A stretch of 38,317 nucleotides of DNA, taken from Octopus sinensis (lineage: Eukaryota). This document shows positions 34,670 through 38,317 of the stretch, piece after piece; the first letter of the stretch is position 1; the number at the start of each line of letters is the position of its first letter. Position numbers and translations under genes: made by a program. Where the stretch lies: contig NW_021835821.1 of NCBI RefSeq assembly GCF_006345805.1, positions 1 through 38,317 on the forward strand, given 5' to 3'. The notes below the pieces were generated by a model. That model did not search any database and was not told where the DNA came from. It was given only the letters and a program-made list of their open reading frames with translations.

Positions 34670-35190
34670 CAATGGGTGTGTGGAAAGAAGCTTGCTTCCC
34701 AATTGCATGGTTCCAGGTTCAGTTCCCCTGCATGGCACCTTGCGTATATACTACTCTAGCCTCGATTTGGTAGAAATCTAGCCTGGATTTGGTAGAAAGG
34801 CGTAGGAGTAGCTGTGTGGTAAGTAGCACCTTGGGGAAGTATCTTCTACTATAGCCTCGGGCAGACCTAAACTTTGTGAGTAGATTTGGTAGAAGGAAAC
34901 TGAAAGAAGCCCGAGACATATATGTATATATATGTATATATGTATGTTTGTGTATATGTTTCTGTGTCTGTGTTTGTCCCACCAACATTGCTTGACAACC
35001 GATGCTGTTTACGTCCCCGTTTACGATGTGTTTACGTCCCCGTAACTTAACGGTTCGGCAAAAGAGACCGATACAATAAGTACTAGGCTTACAGAGAATG
35101 AGTCCTGGGATCTATTTGCTCGACTAAAGACGATGCTCCAGCATGGCCACAATCAAATGACTGAAACAAGTAAAAGAGTAAAAGAGTAAC
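34670..35190 (+). mobile_element. S2 SINE (34803-35190) preceded by a partial 5' copy
   Basis: High similarity to 19209-19620, with a small internal duplication (tgtttacgtccccgt). Confidence 0.8.
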
Positions 35191-35196
35191 ATATAT

Positions 35197-35262
<66 letters not shown>

Positions 35263-36137
35263 ATAAGTGTAAGTATGTAATTATCTCTAGAGAAATGAAA
35301 AAAATTCTCCAAAATATAAAGATCTCAGAATAGAGAAAATTTGAATGTAGATATTTCCAAGGCTTTCCAAATATAATTTGTGCATTGAAAATGAATAAGG
35401 ATGAAAAAAAAATATATGTAGATAAATGGAAACCCCAAAACCACAAGAATTACAAATATGCACACTATAGAGAAAATAGCCCAGAACTAGAACGACCAGG
35501 CACTAAACATGTATAATGTAGAGTGCGCTCAATACAAAAGAAAATACCAAATTTTTTTTAATCTCTGATCTTACCCAAGGTGCAAGATGGTGCGGTAAAA
35601 GCACGCAATAAAAGTAAAACTGCTGAATGATGATAATAATAATTATTATTTTCAATGGTGAAAAGTATAAAAATTATGGTGTAAAGGAGGACTGAGGCAG
35701 TCAATATGTGACCTAAAAATGAAATATGACTCAGCTTTACTCATATTCAGATAATAAAATGTATATAAAAAATAAGGTTTATGAAAGAATTACAAAGAAA
35801 AAAAATATATAGGCGAAGACATTAATATGAACAGATGTAACGAGAGGGAGAAGACAAAAGAATTCAAGCAAAAACAAGTGGGTAGGGATAGATATAGGAA
35901 GAGGATAAAATACTATAAACAAAACAGGAAGCTTATGAAACTTTTATCAGCCATTGAACTGTGACATAGAACACCGAAAAAAAAAACACGAAGTACCAGA
36001 TGTGAGTAAATCAAAACAATAACAATCCGGTTGGTTAGGGGGTGAGAAACTGGAAACATAAAACTGGTGGTTGATAGAATTTAGGAGTTGCGGAGAGAAT
36101 TGAAAATTATAGAAAAAAAAAAAGATAGAATTCTGGT

Positions 36138-36730
36138 CTCAGGAATGGCTGTGTAGTTAAAAAGGCCGCTTTAAAACCACGTTGTCTCGGGTTCAGTCTC
36201 CCTTCGCGAAACCTCGAGCAATTGACTTCTACTGTGGCCCTAGGTCGACACATCCCTTGTGAGTGAATTTGATTGACGCAAACTGTGTGGAAGCCCATCC
36301 GATATTTATATATGCATGTATGTATGTATGTATGTATTTTTTTTTACCTTGTACTAGTTTCAGTCATTTGATTGCGGCCGTGCTGGAGCAATGACTTGAA
36401 ATCTTAGTTGAATGTATCGAACCCAGTACTTTTTTTGTAAAGTTTAGTATTTACTCTATCAGTCCCTTTTGTCGAACTGCTAAGTTACAGGAACGTAAGC
36501 ACATCAACACTGGTTTGAAGGGGACAACACAGGAACAAAAACACCCCCATCACACACAAACATTTATATATACATATATACGACGAGCTTAGTTTCTGTC
36601 TACCAAATCCACTTTGGTCGACTCGAGACTATTGTAGAAGACACTTGCCCAAGATTTGATGCAGTGAGACTGAACCCTAAACCATACGGTTGGGAAGGAA
36701 ACTTCTTACCACACAGTCACGCCTGTGCCT
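36138..36730. mobile_element. Two S2 SINE pieces: 5' half on plus (36138-36310) and a diverged copy on minus (36345-36730)
   Basis: Similarity to the 19209 copy; reverse-complement tail cagtcatttgattgcggccgtgctggagca. Confidence 0.7.
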
Positions 36731-36779
36731 ATGTATGTATGCATGTATGTATGTATATATATATATATGTATATATATG

Positions 36780-36825
<46 letters not shown>

Positions 36826-36859
36826 CATAAATGGGACAAGAACGCAAAGCATCTAGAGA

Positions 36860-36939
36860 GATGATGCAAAAAAAAAAGGGTCAACAAAACATCCAGACAG
36901 ATGATGCAAAAAAAAAGGGACAACAAAACATCCAGACAG
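36860..36939. repeat. About 40-bp tandem duplication
   Basis: gatgatgc(a)n ggg.caacaaaacatccagaca x2. Confidence 0.85.
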
Positions 36940-37068
36940 ACAATACAAAGAAAACATTCGAAATTTTCTATCCTCCGTCGAGTTCCAGATTATCTCTAGA
37001 TTGCTCCAATCTGGCCAAGAAAAAACTAAACTAAGAGAACTAGATTCCTTGGAAGAAAGCAGTGAACA

Positions 37069-38310
37069 CAGGGTCTTGCAGATAAATTGAGACCAATTTT
37101 AAGCAGCTGACTTTGTGCGTTTAACATTTATTTTTTGACAAAATCTTGCATGCTTGAAAATCTAATCCACTCCACTCTTTATTTTTCAGTTAAATAGCGA
37201 ACTGATTCGACAATAGAAAGTCACGGAACAACAGAATCGTTCCGCCACTATTGCTTTGGCGCGCGCCGAGTTTACAATCAATAAAATTAAGTTGACGAAA
37301 CTCCGAAAAGCAACAGATTATCGTGTGTATAAACAATTTAAAAAAGAGGGAAAGATTGATAGAAAAGCACGCAATACTCAAAGTGATTCTAAGCGCAATC
37401 CAAAGTTTCTAGTTGGCCTCAAACGCTCGATTGAAGCTAACCCATTCACATCCATGACATCCCTTGCAAAGAGACGCAATGTGTCTTTCTCGACGGTGTT
37501 CAGAGCTGACATGACTAGCTATGTTCCACGACGCCGTCACTTCCTAACAGGCAAGGCCAAAGCAATCAGAGCCGAGAGATGCCTAAAGCGTCTGTCATTC
37601 ATCAAGCATCAAAGTGCCGGAAGAACTCACGTGTTTGTGGACGAGACGAAGCTCACTGTGAATCGCAGAAATCCTCGAATGGTTGCTTAAAACTCTTCTG
37701 ACGTCCCCACTCTGTTTGAGACTAAGAATCCTGTCTCTCTCATCGTATTTGGAACCGTGGAAAGTGCCATGGATCAATACTTCATTAAGTCTGGCTTGAA
37801 GATCAACACAAAGGGGTATCTGTACCTTCTGAAGAGCTCCCTGTCTCCTTGGACGGAGCAGAAGTCTGGGCTTGACAAAGTGGTGCTTATCAAGGATTCT
37901 GTACCATGCCATGGGTCAAAAGGAACACAGGCCTTCCTCAGGGAAAAGGTACCATGTTTTGCGAGGGCCCAGTAATAGCCCACATCTCAACCTTCTCAAT
38001 TACTTTTTATGGGAGTTACTTCAAGAAAAGGACCAATCTTTCATTACACTCGCGTGTTAAAAGTTTGAAGACCTACATCGTGCATTGTGACACGCAACAT
38101 CAAAACAGTGGAGAATGCGGCAGTTGCAAAAAATTTTAATTCTCATGTGGAGGCAATAATTGACTAAAATGGCGGCCATATTGAGTGATAAATGTTTTTG
38201 TTGCCATAAATGTTACATTAAAATTTATATCTGTCTACTACCATTATTTAAGTATTCATAACCAGCTTTATGCATCGTAAAATTTACGTGAATTTATATG
38301 CAAGACCATG
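37069..38310 (+). mobile_element. Full-length decayed Tc1/mariner DNA transposon (maT/DD37D-like)
   Basis: 20-bp TIRs cagggtcttgcagataaatt (37069-37088) and aatttatatgcaagaccatg (38291-38310), 18/20 match; broken transposase with HVFVDE, KDSVPCH, PSNSPHLNLLNYFLW. Confidence 0.85.
37256..38060 (+). pseudogene. Fragmented transposase of the maT/mariner element
   Basis: ORF pieces 37256-37690, 37757-37975 and 37906-38139 with stops and frameshifts; third catalytic D appears as N. Confidence 0.8.
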
Positions 38311-38317
38311 TTGTGTA

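Noticed and set aside
35300-35500. L1/Tx1 C-terminal remnant (KIYVDKWKP)
   Set aside because: A single weak motif in AT-rich DNA.

Overview
AT-rich, microsatellite-dense eukaryotic DNA. The SINE families and repeat landscape suggest an octopus or other coleoid cephalopod genome (inference from recalled repeat families). No intact host gene can be assembled, and most ORF-track entries are microsatellite translations. Main contents: (1) a near-intact 3.9-kb APE-RT LINE (22946-26870) whose ORF1 combines a trihelix Myb/SANT-like domain with a CCCH zinc finger. Its ORF2 has no upstream AUG, its RT motif A has a 4-aa deletion, and its 3' tail plus stem-loop is shared, with a compensatory change, with a local SINE family. 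(2) A 5'-truncated R4/Dong-like REL retroelement inserted in (CATA)n. (3) A full-length decayed maT/mariner. (4) Two copies of a GG-ended MITE with 8-bp TSDs (Merlin-like) carrying (TAACCC)n. (5) Penelope-type termini with hammerhead-like motifs. (6) Foldback MITEs and a 30-bp minisatellite. (7) About 20 SINE pieces. (8) Duplicated minus-strand exon/intron blocks and decayed reading frames of an unidentified gene family.
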